NCBI GenBank assembly: GCA_963801475.1
Contig: CAWDEX010000002.1
Location: 115,873-179,872 of the forward strand
Direction: 5' to 3'
Origin: an uncultured Acidobacteriota bacterium
Lineage (GTDB): Bacteria > Acidobacteriota > Thermoanaerobaculia > UBA5066
Length of the DNA: 64,000 nucleotides
Below, piece after piece: positions 16,338-27,008 of the stretch; the first letter of the stretch is position 1, and the number at the start of each line of letters is the position of its first letter. The translations under genes were made by a program, and so were the position numbers. The notes below the pieces were generated by a model. That model saw nothing but the letters and a program-made list of their open reading frames with translations, searched no databases and was not told the origin of the DNA.

Positions 16338-19300
16338 TCGGTCCGAGCGACCGGACGAGACAGAGCGCCTGCTCTTCGCCGTCCAGGACGGGCTGCCGGA
16401 CCGCGGCCTGTGCCGCCTCGACGTCGGCTACCCCGTCGCCGGCCGGCAGCAGGCCGACCGATTGGTGCCGCCCCGACCGCTTGGCCAGGAGAAGCGCCCG
16501 GTCCGCGAGCCGCAGTACCTCGTCGTAGCTCACCGCGTCCGGGACCGCGAGGATCCACGGGAAAACCGCCCAACCGACCGAGCAGGTCCGCCAGACGCTC
16601 CGGCCCTTGCCGAGGTCGATCGGCTCGCGCGAGACGACGGAGAGAATCCTCTCGGCGAGCAGGCGCGCCTGCTGCCGGTCCCCCTCGCGGGAGACGATGA
16701 GGAACTCCTCGCCGCCCCAGCGGATCAGCCAGTCCGACCTCCGGACGACGTTCCCGAGCCGGGCCGCCACCTCGACGAGCACGCCGTCTCCGACGTCATG
16801 CCCGTAAAGGTCGTTGATCTCCTTGAAGTGGTCGAGGTCCACGAGATAGAAGACGAGATCGCGCCCCTCGGGAGGCGGCCCCCCGCCGGCCGGCCGGAAG
16901 GCGCGAAAGACCTTCGCGACCTCCCGGCCGATCTCCGTCGAGAAGAAGCGCCGGTTCCGGAGTCCCGTGAGCGGGTCGGTGAGAGACGCCTCCTGCAGCT
17001 CCCGGTTCATCGCCGCCAGCTCCGCGCTCCGCTCCACCACGGCCGCCTCGAGCCGCTGCCGCTCCCCCTCGAGGGCCCGGGTCCGCCACTGGGTGAAGGC
17101 CGCGACGGCGACGCCGAGGAGAAGCCCGCCGAGGATCCAGGCCCACCCTTCCTCCCACCAGGCCCGGGCCACGGAGAAGGGAAAGACGGCCATCTTGTCG
17201 CTCGGCATGCCGGCCGCCGAGACGGCCGTCACCTCGAACCGGTAGTCGCCCGAGGGGAGGGCCGTGTAACGAACCTCGCCGAGACGCGTCTCCGCCGGAG
17301 GCGCGTCGAGGCCGACGAGCCGATAGATGTACTTCACCCGCCGGGGCTCGACGAACGTGAGGGCGGCCCACGAGAGTCTCAGGTCCCGCTCGCGGCGCGA
17401 CAGGCGCCCCGGAACCGCGAGGTCGAGCGCGCGCCCGCCCGCCCACGCCTCGAGGAGGACGACCGGGGGCGGCAGCCGCTTCATCGGGGGAACGCCGGGC
17501 GTGAACCGGACGAGCCCCCGGCTCGTCCCGAGCCAGACCGTTCCGTCGGGGTCGCCGAAGAACGCGTTCTGGTTCATGTCGTCCGTGATGAGTCCGTCCG
17601 AGCGGCCGTAGTGAACGGGGGCGCCCCGGGCCGGGTAGACGTTCACGCCGAGCTGAGTTCCCGCCCAGATGGCTCCCTGCGCGTCCCGGCCGAGGAAGAC
17701 CACCTTCCCCGGCGGCGCGCCTGGCGGCTCCGGCAGCGGCGTGACGGTCAGTTTCGAATCGCGGACGACGACCCTGTCGACCCCGGGAATGTTCCGGTAC
17801 CCGACGGCGAAGCTTCCGTCTTCCATCACGACGACGCCCGCGAGGTCTCGCGCCCTGAGCCCGTCCTCCGGCCCGAAGCGACGCGGGTCCGGCCCGGTCA
17901 GACGGAAGAGGCCTCCTTCTCCCGTTCCCCAAAGGACGCCGGCGGAATCCTCGACGAAGGCGAACTTCCTCCAGCCGAAGGGAGACTCGGGGATCGGGAG
18001 TTTCACGAACACGTCCGCCCCGCCGCCGGCAGGCATCCGGAAGACGCCCTTGTCCGTTCCGGCAATCAGGTCGCCCTGTCGCGTCCGAAAGAGCGAGAGA
18101 ACCTTGACGCCCGACGGCTCGGCCCCTTCGAAATCGCAGCGACGGAAGAGGCCCCGGTCCGGCTCCATCCGGGTGACGCCCCCCGGCCAGTGGCCGGCGT
18201 AGAGGCGACCGTCCGGAAAGGCGGCCAGCGCCTGCACCGCGTCTCCCCCGAGGCCGTCCTTCCGCCGGTACGTCCGGATCGAGCCGTCCCGCGGGTCGAT
18301 CCGGTTCAGCCCTTCTTCCGTCCCCACCCAGAGGGCCCCCTTCCCGCCCGGAGCCTCGCCGCGCACGATCGCCCAGACGAGGTTGTTCGCGAGCCCCTCT
18401 TCCTCGCCGCCCCCCAGAAACGCGCCTTGTCCGAGCCGCCGGGCGAGTCCTTCGCCCGCGAGGCCGATCCAGAGCGAGCCTTCCCGGTCCACCAGCGCCC
18501 CGTTGACGGCCCCGAGCAGGCCTTCCCGCCGCCCCGTGAGCCGCCAGGCGCCGTCCCTCTTCTGCGCGAGCCCGCGGACCGTCGGGACGAGAATCTCCCC
18601 GTTCTCACCGAGCGCCAGGCGCCCCGTCTCGCTCGAGGCGGGGAGGCCGTCGTCGTCCCGGACGAAGCGATCGCCTCCCGGCGTTTTCACGCAGAGCGTC
18701 CGGATCGTGCGGACCCAGAGCCGCCCCGCGCCGTCCGTCACGACCCGGTCGATCTGCTCGCCCGCGGGAATCGGAATCGACGTCCCCACCTCGCGCGACC
18801 CGGCCCCGTCCGTGACGGTCAGCGAGACGCCCCGCGCCACCCAGAGGCCGCCGGCCGGATCGCGGTGGAGGGCGGTGATCCGGGCCTCCGGCTGCCCGCC
18901 GGGGCGTGGGACGAGCCGGAAGCGTCCGCCTTCGCCGACGAAGAGCCCTTTCGTCGTCCCGATCCAGACGCGCCCGGCGTCGTCGGAGGCGATCTGTCCG
19001 TCGAGGACCTCCGAGGCCGGCAGGCCCGACTCCTCGCCGATCGCCACGAACCGCTCGCCCTCGCGCCGGGCGAGCCCCGTGCTCGTCCCCGCGAAGAGGA
19101 CGCCGTCCGACGTCTCGTGGAGAACGCTGACCCGGACGTCGAGGGCGGCCAGCTCGGCTCCCATCCGGACGAACTGCCGGCCGTCGTACCGGTAGAGCCC
19201 GTTGTCCGTCCCGACCCAGAGGAAGCCCGTCCGGTCCTGGAGGAGCGATTCGGCGTTGAGGTCGCCGAGGCCGTCGTCACGCCCGTAGGTGGCGAAGACG

Positions 19301-19446
19301 TAGCGGCCTTCGAAGAGGGGGCGGCTCGGCACCCCCGGACCCCCCTCGAGGGCCGGGGCCCCATCGGCGCCGAGGAGCAGAAGCAGCACCGCCGCCGCCC
19401 GGCGCCAGGCCTTCGCCGTTCGTGTCACGGCACAAAGTGTACGCAA
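16324..19446 (-). CDS. Sensor diguanylate cyclase: periplasmic two-component-regulator propeller repeats + Y_Y_Y domain + TM + GGDEF (GGEEF)
   Basis: Repeated GxxGLxRxDG propeller motifs. TM helix WILGGLLLGVAVAAF. Motifs RWGGEEFLIV and DxLTGLxNRR. Confidence 0.85.
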   Translation of the reverse strand: MRTLCAVTRTAKAWRRAAAVLLLLLGADGAPALEGGPGVPSRPLFEGRYVFATYGRDDGLGDLNAESLLQDRTGFLWVGTDNGLYRYDGRQFVRMGAELAALDVRVSVLHETSDGVLFAGTSTGLARREGERFVAIGEESGLPASEVLDGQIASDDAGRVWIGTTKGLFVGEGGRFRLVPRPGGQPEARITALHRDPAGGLWVARGVSLTVTDGAGSREVGTSIPIPAGEQIDRVVTDGAGRLWVRTIRTLCVKTPGGDRFVRDDDGLPASSETGRLALGENGEILVPTVRGLAQKRDGAWRLTGRREGLLGAVNGALVDREGSLWIGLAGEGLARRLGQGAFLGGGEEEGLANNLVWAIVRGEAPGGKGALWVGTEEGLNRIDPRDGSIRTYRRKDGLGGDAVQALAAFPDGRLYAGHWPGGVTRMEPDRGLFRRCDFEGAEPSGVKVLSLFRTRQGDLIAGTDKGVFRMPAGGGADVFVKLPIPESPFGWRKFAFVEDSAGVLWGTGEGGLFRLTGPDPRRFGPEDGLRARDLAGVVVMEDGSFAVGYRNIPGVDRVVVRDSKLTVTPLPEPPGAPPGKVVFLGRDAQGAIWAGTQLGVNVYPARGAPVHYGRSDGLITDDMNQNAFFGDPDGTVWLGTSRGLVRFTPGVPPMKRLPPPVVLLEAWAGGRALDLAVPGRLSRRERDLRLSWAALTFVEPRRVKYIYRLVGLDAPPAETRLGEVRYTALPSGDYRFEVTAVSAAGMPSDKMAVFPFSVARAWWEEGWAWILGGLLLGVAVAAFTQWRTRALEGERQRLEAAVVERSAELAAMNRELQEASLTDPLTGLRNRRFFSTEIGREVAKVFRAFRPAGGGPPPEGRDLVFYLVDLDHFKEINDLYGHDVGDGVLVEVAARLGNVVRRSDWLIRWGGEEFLIVSREGDRQQARLLAERILSVVSREPIDLGKGRSVWRTCSVGWAVFPWILAVPDAVSYDEVLRLADRALLLAKRSGRHQSVGLLPAGDGVADVEAAQAAVRQPVLDGEEQALCLVRSLGPITPE

Positions 19447-19512
19447 CCCGGGCCGCTTCCGGCCGCCGATTCGAGGAAAGGAGCCGAGTCCTCCGTCGGG
19501 GACCCGGGGCCT

Positions 19513-19908
19513 CTAGGCGTCGGGTCGTGGAACCGGTCTTTCGCTCATGAGCGCGAGCGGATTGCCGTCCGGATCGGCGAATTCGGCCAGCCAGACCTCG
19601 CGGTCGGGGAGTCGCGCCACGAGGTGCGGTTCCTGCCCGAACGCGAGGCCCCGGCCGCCGAGGACCCTCGCCACGTCGTGGATGTCGGCGACGCCGAAGT
19701 AGAGGACACTCGAGGACGGCCGGAACGCGCCGCTGCCAAGAGGGCTCACCATCAGCCGCGTTCCGTCGCAGTCGAAGAACGCCACGTTCGGGGCCTGGAA
19801 CAGGAACGGCAGGCCGAGGACGTTGCGATACCAGGCGATCGACCGGTCGAGATCCGTCACGTGCAGCGCGATCTGGTGGATGCGGCCGAGCGGGAGTTCC
19901 GGGCCCAT
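19513..19908 (-). CDS. VOC-family (glyoxalase/bleomycin-resistance/dioxygenase fold) protein, 131 aa
   Basis: This is the C-terminal part of artefactual ORF 19513..20913, starting at MGPELPLGRIHQIALHVTDLDRS. It carries the typical VOC beta-alpha-beta-beta-beta signature. Confidence 0.7.
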   Translation of the reverse strand: MGPELPLGRIHQIALHVTDLDRSIAWYRNVLGLPFLFQAPNVAFFDCDGTRLMVSPLGSGAFRPSSSVLYFGVADIHDVARVLGGRGLAFGQEPHLVARLPDREVWLAEFADPDGNPLALMSERPVPRPDA

Positions 19909-19922
19909 TCCGTCCTCCGTTC

Positions 19923-21602
19923 TCAGTTCGTCAGCTTCCGGTACCTGATCCGGTGCGGCATGTCGGCGGCCGTCCCGAGGCGGCGGTGCCGGTCGGCCTC
20001 GTAGTCCTGGTAGTTCCCCTCGTACCAGACGACCTTCGAGTCCCCCTCGAAGGCGAGGATGTGCGTCGCGATCCGGTCCAGGAACCACCGGTCGTGCGAG
20101 ATGACGACCGCGCAGCCTCCGAAGGAGAGGAGCGCGTCCTCGAGGGCGCGGAGCGTGTCGACGTCGAGGTCGTTCGTCGGCTCGTCGAGGAGGAGGAGGT
20201 TTCCCCCCGACTTCAGGGTCCGGGCGAGGTGGAGACGGTTCATCTCGCCCCCCGAGAGGTCCTTCACGAGCTTCTGCTGGTCGGCCCCCTTGAAGTTGTA
20301 CATGGCGCAGAAAGCGCGGCTCGGGATCTCCCGCTTCCCAAGCAGCACGAGGTCCTGCCCCCCGGACAGCTCGTCGTGGACGGACTTCTTCGCGTCGGGG
20401 CGGTCGCGGTTCTGGTCGACGTAGCTCGGGACCACGGTCTCGCCCACCTTCAGCGTCCCGCCGTCGGGCGTCTCGAGCCCCATGATCATCCGGAAGAGGG
20501 TCGTCTTCCCGGCGCCGTTCGGGCCGATGACCCCGACGATGCCACCGCGCGGCAGGTCGAAGTTCAGGTCGTCGAAGAGGAGCCGGTCGGAGTACCCCTT
20601 CCGGACCCGCTCGGCGCGGACGACGACGTCGCCGAGCCGCAGGCCCGGCGGGATGTAGATCTCGTTCGTCTCGCCGCGCGCCTCGACGCCGGACTCGGAG
20701 AGGAGCTGCTCGTAGGCCTGGAGGCGTGCCTTGCTCTTGGCCTGCCGCGCGCGTGGCGCCATGCGCACCCACTCCAGCTCGTGCTTCAGCGTCCGCTGGC
20801 GGGCCGACTCGGCCTTCTCTTCCTGGGCGAGCCGGGCCTGCTTCTGCTCGAGCCAGGACGAGTAGTTCCCCTTCCACGGGATCCCGGCCCCTCGGTCCAG
20901 CTCGAGGATCCATCCCGCCACGTTGTCGAGGAAGTAGCGGTCGTGGGTCACCGCGACGACGGTCCCCGGATAGTCCTTCAGGTGCTGCTCGAGCCAGGCG
21001 ACCGACTCGGCGTCGAGGTGGTTCGTCGGCTCGTCGAGGAGAAGGAGGTCGGGACGCGCCAGAAGGAGGCGGCAGAGGGCCACGCGCCGCTTCTCGCCCC
21101 CGGAGATCTTCGTCACGTCCGCGTCGGGGGGCGGGCAGCGGAGCGCGTCCATGGCCGTCTCGAGCGTCCGGTCCAGCTCCCAGCCGTTCGCCGCCTCGAT
21201 GGCGTCCTGGACGCGGCCATACTCGGCCATCACCTTTTCCATCTCCTCGTCCGGGAGGGACTCGCCCATCTTCTCGGACAGCTCGTCGAACCGTTTCAGG
21301 AGCGCCTTGACCGGGGCGACCCCCTCCTCGACGTTCTCGAGGACGTTCTTGTTCGGGTCGAGCCGCGGGTCCTGCGGCAGGAAGCCGACGCGCGTCCCCT
21401 CGGCCGGGTACGCCTCGCCGGTGAACTCCTTCTCGACGCCCGCCATGATCCGGAGGACGGTCGACTTCCCGGCGCCGTTCAGACCGAGGATGCCGATCTT
21501 GGCGCCGGGAAAGAAGGAGAGGTAGATTCCGCGGAGGATCTCCCGCTGCGGCGGGACGACCTTGCGGAGGTTTTGCATGGTGAAGATGTACTGCTGGGCC
21601 AT
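19923..21602 (-). CDS. ettA: Energy-dependent translational throttle protein EttA (ABC-F ATPase)
   Basis: Two ABC cassettes (GLNGAGKST / [14 protein letters not shown] signatures). Has the arm and PtIM linker. 559 aa, a near-textbook EttA. Confidence 0.95.
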   Translation of the reverse strand: MAQQYIFTMQNLRKVVPPQREILRGIYLSFFPGAKIGILGLNGAGKSTVLRIMAGVEKEFTGEAYPAEGTRVGFLPQDPRLDPNKNVLENVEEGVAPVKALLKRFDELSEKMGESLPDEEMEKVMAEYGRVQDAIEAANGWELDRTLETAMDALRCPPPDADVTKISGGEKRRVALCRLLLARPDLLLLDEPTNHLDAESVAWLEQHLKDYPGTVVAVTHDRYFLDNVAGWILELDRGAGIPWKGNYSSWLEQKQARLAQEEKAESARQRTLKHELEWVRMAPRARQAKSKARLQAYEQLLSESGVEARGETNEIYIPPGLRLGDVVVRAERVRKGYSDRLLFDDLNFDLPRGGIVGVIGPNGAGKTTLFRMIMGLETPDGGTLKVGETVVPSYVDQNRDRPDAKKSVHDELSGGQDLVLLGKREIPSRAFCAMYNFKGADQQKLVKDLSGGEMNRLHLARTLKSGGNLLLLDEPTNDLDVDTLRALEDALLSFGGCAVVISHDRWFLDRIATHILAFEGDSKVVWYEGNYQDYEADRHRRLGTAADMPHRIRYRKLTN

Positions 21603-21639
21603 GGGGACCGGAATCTAGCAGGGAGCGCTTGATCTTTCT

Positions 21640-21654
21640 TTAGACTTAATCTAA
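21640..21654. promoter_or_regulatory. 7-1-7 inverted repeat TTAGACT-T-AATCTAA upstream of dps (candidate PerR/Fur-family operator)
   Basis: Located in the 73-bp ettA/dps divergent intergenic region. Near-perfect palindrome with one mismatch. Confidence 0.35.
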
Positions 21655-21675
21655 ATTAGCTCCGGAGGCACTGAG

Positions 21676-22152
21676 ATGGCCAAGAAACTGAAGAAAGAAG
21701 CCGCCGTGGTCGCCACGCTCAACCGTCAACAGGCGAACGCCCTCGTCGCCTACCTGAACTACAAGAAGTACCACTGGCTCACGTACGGGCCCCTATTCCG
21801 CGACATCCACCTCCTTCTCGACGAACAGGCCGCGGCCACCTACGCGATGATCGACGAACTCGCCGAGCGGGCCCTCATGGTCGGCGGCCAGCCGGTCGCC
21901 GACCCGGCGGACTACCTGCCGGCCGCGACGGTCAAGCCCTCGAAGGGCTCTCTCTCGCCGCGGGCCATGCTCGAGGAAGCCGCCACCACCCTCGACCGGA
22001 TCGCCCGGGAGATGCATGCCGACGCCGAGGTGGCGACGGCGGCCGGCGACATCGGCACGGCCGACCTCTACACGCGGCTGGTCCAGGTTCACCAGAAGAA
22101 CCGCTGGTTTCTCGCGGAGATCCTGAAGAAGAAGGACGGCCTCGTTTCCTGA
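21676..22152 (+). CDS. dps: Dps (DNA protection during starvation) ferritin-like protein
   Basis: Has the Dps ferroxidase-site pattern (HW...D...E) and length. Confidence 0.9.
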   Translation: MAKKLKKEAAVVATLNRQQANALVAYLNYKKYHWLTYGPLFRDIHLLLDEQAAATYAMIDELAERALMVGGQPVADPADYLPAATVKPSKGSLSPRAMLEEAATTLDRIAREMHADAEVATAAGDIGTADLYTRLVQVHQKNRWFLAEILKKKDGLVS

Positions 22153-22217
22153 CCGCCCCGCTCGTATCGGAGCGCGTCGATCGGATGGAGGTCCGCACCG
22201 TCCTCTAAACTGCGGCC

Positions 22218-24359
22218 ATGATTCGAACCCCGAGTCTCCGGCTGCTGACCCTCGCGACGGCCCTCTTCCTCGCCACGCCCATCGAGGCCCAGACGCCCGG
22301 GGCGAGGCGTCCCTTCACCCTGTCCGACTTCTACCGCGTCGCGGGGGTCGGCGAGCCAGCCCTCTCTCCCGACGGGAAGACGCTCGCCTACGCCGTCACG
22401 ACCGGGGACTTGATCGCCGGAAAGCGGACGACCGCCCTCTGGCGCGTCGGCGCCGACGGAACGGGCGCACGCCGCCTGACGTACTCCGACGCCCGAGACA
22501 CACACCCGTTCTTCGCGCCGGACGGGCAGACGCTCGCCTTCGTCTCGACCCGCGCCGGAGACCCGCAGCTCTTCTTCCTGCCTCTCGCCGGCGGCGAGGC
22601 CGAGAAGAAGACCGACGTCCCGGGCGGCCTCTCCGACCCCGTTTTCTCGGCCGACGGGACGAAGATCCTCTTCACGGCGGAGGTCGACCCCGCCTGCGGC
22701 TCGGACGCCGCCTGCAACAAGTCCTCGGCCGAGGCCCGCGAGAAGACGAAGCTCAAGGCGTGGGTCGAGGACGCGCTCCTCTACCGGCACTGGACTTCGT
22801 GGCGGGAGGGGAAGCGGACTCACATCTTTCTCCTCGACCTTTCCTACGGCGCGCTCGCGGACCTGACGCCGGGAGATTTCGACTCACCGGTCTTCTCCGT
22901 CGGCGGCGCGCGCGACTTCGACCTGTCGCCCGACGGAAGGGAGCTGGCATTCGCCTCGAACCGGACGGCGGAGCAGGCCGACTCCACGAACGCCGACCTC
23001 TTCGTCGTCCGCGTCGACGGCGGCGACGCCCCTCTGAAGTCTCCGAACAACCTGACGGCGGGAAACAAAGGGTGGGACGGGACGCCGCGCTACTCCCCCG
23101 ACGGGAAGTGGCTCGCGTTCCGGCGGCAGGTGACGCCACGGTACGAGGCCGACCGTTTCCGGATCGTCCTGATCGACCGCGCGACGAGGGCCGAGCGGAG
23201 CCTGACCGACGCCTTCGACAACACGATCGGCGATTTCGAGTGGTCCGCCGACTCGAAAAGGATCTTCTTCACCGCCGACGTCAAGGGACGGACGCCCCTC
23301 CACGAGCTGAACGTCGCGACCGGGGCGATCCGGGTCCTGACCGACGTCGGATCTCTCGACGCCTTCAGCGTCGCGACGGACGGCACCTTCGCCGTCGTGG
23401 CGCGGCGGCGGATCCACGAGCCGACCGAGCTCTGGCGGATCGACATCGCACCGCGGCCGAACCCGGCCGGGACGCGCCTGACCACGCACAACGCGGCGCT
23501 CGAGGCGGAAGTCGACCTCCGGCCCGCCGAGGAGCACTTCTTCCCGGGGGCGGACGGGATCCCCGTCCAGACGTGGATCGTCAAGCCTTACGGTTTCGAC
23601 CCCTCAAAGAAGTACCCGCTCATCCTGAACATCCACGGAGGCCCGCAGCAGCAGTGGGCCGACTCCTTCCGGGGTGACTGGCAGGTCTACCCCGCCGCCG
23701 GCTACGTCGTCGCTTTTCCGAACCCGCACGGGTCGACCGGCTTCGGCCAGGCCTATACCTCGGCCATCTCGGGCGACTGGGACGGCAAGGTGATGACCGA
23801 CGTCGCGAAGGTGACCGACGCCCTCGAGAAGCTCCCATACGCCGACAAGGAGCGGATCGGCGTCATGGGCTGGTCCTGGGGCGGCTACGCCGCGATGTGG
23901 CTCGCGGGTCACACGACGCGCTACAAGGCGATCGCCTCGATGATGGGGGTGTACGACCTCCGCTCGATGTACAGCGCCACCGAGGAGCTCTGGTTCCCCG
24001 AGTGGGATCTCAAGGGGGCGCCGTGGCAGAACCCCGAGGGCTACCGGAAGCAGTCGCCGTCGGAGTACGTGAAGAACTTCAGGACGCCGACCCTCGTCCT
24101 GACCGGTCAGCTCGACTTCCGCGTCCCGTACGTCCAGTCGCTCATGTTCTTCACCGACCTCCAGAAGATGAAGGTGCCCTCGCGCCTCGTCGTCTGGGAG
24201 AAGGCGGGGCACTGGCCGTCCTGGCAGGAGATGGCGCTCTACTACGCCGCACACCTCGACTGGTTCCACCGGTATCTCGGCGGCGGCGCGTCGCCCTGGG
24301 ATCCGAAAGCGATGGCCGCCGGGAAGGTCTGGGACGTGGCGCCTCCGGAAAAGAAGTGA
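22218..24359 (+). CDS. S9-family serine peptidase (prolyl oligopeptidase/acylaminoacyl-peptidase type) with N-terminal TolB-like beta-propeller, secreted
   Basis: Signal peptide. Nucleophile elbow GWSWGGY. C-terminal alpha/beta-hydrolase Ser/Asp/His triad. Confidence 0.85.
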   Translation: MIRTPSLRLLTLATALFLATPIEAQTPGARRPFTLSDFYRVAGVGEPALSPDGKTLAYAVTTGDLIAGKRTTALWRVGADGTGARRLTYSDARDTHPFFAPDGQTLAFVSTRAGDPQLFFLPLAGGEAEKKTDVPGGLSDPVFSADGTKILFTAEVDPACGSDAACNKSSAEAREKTKLKAWVEDALLYRHWTSWREGKRTHIFLLDLSYGALADLTPGDFDSPVFSVGGARDFDLSPDGRELAFASNRTAEQADSTNADLFVVRVDGGDAPLKSPNNLTAGNKGWDGTPRYSPDGKWLAFRRQVTPRYEADRFRIVLIDRATRAERSLTDAFDNTIGDFEWSADSKRIFFTADVKGRTPLHELNVATGAIRVLTDVGSLDAFSVATDGTFAVVARRRIHEPTELWRIDIAPRPNPAGTRLTTHNAALEAEVDLRPAEEHFFPGADGIPVQTWIVKPYGFDPSKKYPLILNIHGGPQQQWADSFRGDWQVYPAAGYVVAFPNPHGSTGFGQAYTSAISGDWDGKVMTDVAKVTDALEKLPYADKERIGVMGWSWGGYAAMWLAGHTTRYKAIASMMGVYDLRSMYSATEELWFPEWDLKGAPWQNPEGYRKQSPSEYVKNFRTPTLVLTGQLDFRVPYVQSLMFFTDLQKMKVPSRLVVWEKAGHWPSWQEMALYYAAHLDWFHRYLGGGASPWDPKAMAAGKVWDVAPPEKK

Positions 24360-24363
24360 GGCG

Positions 24364-25548
24364 GTGTTCTCCGGCCGGACGCCGAAGGTCCACGCCACGA
24401 ACCGGCTGACGCGGGCTCTCGCCGCCCGCGCCGAGCCCCCGCTCGACCTGACGCTGACGAACCCCACGGCGGCGGGACTCGACCTCCCGGGCGATCCGCT
24501 CGCGGCTCTCTCCTCCCCGGGCGGGCGCCACTACGCTCCGGAGCCGGCGGGCCTCCTCTCCGCCCGGGAGGCGGTCGCCGGCTACTACGCCGCGCGGGGT
24601 TTCCCCGCCGATCCCTCTCGGGTCGTCCTCTCGGCCTCCTCCAGCGAGGCGTACGCCTGGCTCTTCAAGCTCCTCTGCGACCCGGGAGAGGCCGTCCTCG
24701 TCCCCGCCCCGAGCTATCCGCTCCTCGACGCCCTCGCCGGACTGGAATCGGTCCGGGTGGCGCGGTATCCGCTCGATCCCGACGGGGGGTGGACCTTTCA
24801 CGCGGCGAGCGTGGGCCGGGAGCTCGACCGGCTCGCGTCGGCCGGCATCCGGACGGGGGCCGTCGTCCTCGTCGCCCCGAACAATCCGACCGGCTCCGGC
24901 GTCGCGCGGGCGGAGCTTCTCGCTCTCCTCACGCTCGCGCGGACGCGCGGCTTCGCCGTGGTCTCCGACGAGGTCTTCCTCGATTACCGGTTCGCAGGCG
25001 CCCCGGACGACGTCCCCGTCGCTGCGGCGCTCGGCGACGACGGGGGCGGCCTCGTCTTCTCGCTGGGCGGCCTCTCCAAGGCGGCCGCGCTCCCCCAGGT
25101 GAAGCTCGGCTGGCTGCTCGCCGGCGGGCCCGACGACCTCGTCCGCGAGGCGCTCTCGCGGCTGGAGTGGATCGCCGACGCCTACCTCTCCGCGGGGACG
25201 CCGGTCCAGCTCGCCCTGCCGGAGCTCCTCGCGTGGGGCGAGACGGCGGCCTCCGCGATCCGCGCCCGCGTCCACGTCAATCATGTGGCGCTGACGCGGG
25301 CCTTCCCGTCCGGTGGAGCCGTCGCTCCGGCGCCGCTCCGCGGCGGCTGGTCGGCCGTCCTCCGCGTCCCGGCGGTCGAGCCGGAGGAGGAACTCGCCCT
25401 CCGACTCCTCTCGGACCACGATCTCCTCGTCCAGCCGGGCTATTTCTTCGACTTCCCCTCCGAGGCTTTCCTCGTCCTCAGCCTCCTCCCCTCGCCCGAT
25501 CTCTTCGCGGAGGGCGTCTCGCGCCTCTCACGCGCGCTCGTCCGCTGA
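24364..25548 (+). CDS. PLP-dependent aminotransferase, class I/II
   Basis: Motifs NNPTG and SLGGLSKAAALPQVKLGW (PLP lysine region). Confidence 0.8.
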   Translation: MFSGRTPKVHATNRLTRALAARAEPPLDLTLTNPTAAGLDLPGDPLAALSSPGGRHYAPEPAGLLSAREAVAGYYAARGFPADPSRVVLSASSSEAYAWLFKLLCDPGEAVLVPAPSYPLLDALAGLESVRVARYPLDPDGGWTFHAASVGRELDRLASAGIRTGAVVLVAPNNPTGSGVARAELLALLTLARTRGFAVVSDEVFLDYRFAGAPDDVPVAAALGDDGGGLVFSLGGLSKAAALPQVKLGWLLAGGPDDLVREALSRLEWIADAYLSAGTPVQLALPELLAWGETAASAIRARVHVNHVALTRAFPSGGAVAPAPLRGGWSAVLRVPAVEPEEELALRLLSDHDLLVQPGYFFDFPSEAFLVLSLLPSPDLFAEGVSRLSRALVR

Positions 25549-25582
25549 GCGATACTCTCCCGGTCTCTTCCGCGTAAACGCC

Positions 25583-26998
25583 ATGTCGCCGACGGTCGCC
25601 GTCCCGCTCTGGATCGCCGTCCTCGCCGGGCTTCTCGCGGCGTGGGCGGTGCTCGACCGGCTGCTCGTTCCGGGAATCCGATGGCTCGTCCGCCGGCGGA
25701 CGGAGCGCCTGCTGGAAAGCCTGGAAACGCGCTTCCGGATCCGGGTGGAGCCTTTCAAGCGAACGAAGCGCGAAGCGCTCGTCGAGCGGCTGGTCTGGGA
25801 TCCCCAGGTCCAGGCGGCCGCGGAGGCCGAGGCCCTCTCCGGGGGGCTGCCGCGCGACGTGGTCTTCGCCCGCGTGAAGACCTACGCCCGCGAGATTGTC
25901 CCCGCGTTCAACGCGTACGCCTACTTCCGGGTCGGCTACTCCATCGCACGGGCTCTCGCCCGGTCGCTCTTCCGGGTCCGGCTCGGCCGGGCGGACGACG
26001 GCGCCCTCGCCTCCCTTCCTCCCGACGCGACGGTCGTCTTCGTCATGAACCACCGGTCAAACATGGATTACCTCCTCGTCGCGTACCTCGCGGCCGAGAA
26101 GACGGCCCTCTCGTACGCCGTCGGGGAGTGGGCGCGCGTCTGGCCGCTCCAGACGCTGTTCCGCGCGATGGGGGCCTACTTCGTCCGGCGGGACTCGAAG
26201 AATCCCCTCTACCGGAAGGTCCTCGAGCGGTACGTCGCCATGGCCGTCGAGGGGGGCGTCACGCAGGCCTTCTTCCCGGAGGGGGGCCTCTCACGCGACG
26301 GCGCGCTCCGGACGCCGCGTCTCGGCCTCCTCGACTACATGCTCCGCGCGTTCGACCCGGCCGGAGCGCGCGACCTCGTCTTCATTCCCGTCGGGATCAA
26401 TCTCGACCGGACGCTCGAGGACCGGACGCTTCTCTTGGACCTCGAGCCCGACGTGCCCCGGAAGGGACTGGCCGCGACGGCGGGGACGGCCCTCCGATTT
26501 CTCGGGCGGAACGCGCTTCTTCTCGCGTCGAACCGCTGGCACCGCTTCGGCTATGCCTGCGTGAACTTCGGCCCGCCGATCTCCCTGCGCGGCTGGTGCG
26601 CCACGAGGCGTCTCGACCCGCGCCGCCTTCCGAAGGACGAGCGGATCGCCCGGGCGGGCGAGCTGGCGGCCGAGCTGATGGGCGCCGTGAGCCGCGTCGT
26701 CCCCGTCCTCCCGGTGCCGCTGATGGCTTCCCTTCTCCTCGCGGCGCCGGAGCGGCGCTTTTCCGAGCTGGAGCTGAAGGCCGGGAGCCTCTCCCTTCTG
26801 GCCCGGCTCGAGGCGCAGGGGGCGAGAGCCTACGTGCCCCGGAGCGACCTCGACTACGCCATCGGCTTCGGCCTCCGGGCGCTGAAGCTTCGACATCTCG
26901 TCCTCGAGGAGGACGGCTTCCTCCGCGCGAATCCCGGCGAGTTGCCGCTCCTGGCGTACTACGCCAACTCCATCGCCCACTTCGCGCGGAAGGAGTGA
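25583..26998 (+). CDS. Glycerol-3-phosphate acyltransferase-like (PlsB/GPAT-type LPLAT) membrane-associated acyltransferase
   Basis: Starts at MSPTVAVPLWIAVLAGLL, which is M91 of ORF 25313..26998. Has the HX4D motif VMNHRSNMD and the FFPEGG motif. Confidence 0.7.
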   Translation: MSPTVAVPLWIAVLAGLLAAWAVLDRLLVPGIRWLVRRRTERLLESLETRFRIRVEPFKRTKREALVERLVWDPQVQAAAEAEALSGGLPRDVVFARVKTYAREIVPAFNAYAYFRVGYSIARALARSLFRVRLGRADDGALASLPPDATVVFVMNHRSNMDYLLVAYLAAEKTALSYAVGEWARVWPLQTLFRAMGAYFVRRDSKNPLYRKVLERYVAMAVEGGVTQAFFPEGGLSRDGALRTPRLGLLDYMLRAFDPAGARDLVFIPVGINLDRTLEDRTLLLDLEPDVPRKGLAATAGTALRFLGRNALLLASNRWHRFGYACVNFGPPISLRGWCATRRLDPRRLPKDERIARAGELAAELMGAVSRVVPVLPVPLMASLLLAAPERRFSELELKAGSLSLLARLEAQGARAYVPRSDLDYAIGFGLRALKLRHLVLEEDGFLRANPGELPLLAYYANSIAHFARKE

Positions 26999-27008
26999 CC
27001 CGCTCCGT

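Noticed and set aside
16462-20004. 1180-aa plus-strand ORF
   Set aside because: It is antisense to the propeller-GGDEF sensor and ettA. It has an Arg/Pro/Glu-rich composition and no motifs.
19513-20913. 466-aa ORF overlapping ettA
   Set aside because: It is antisense to ettA for most of its length. Only the terminal 131 aa (VOC domain) are protein-like.
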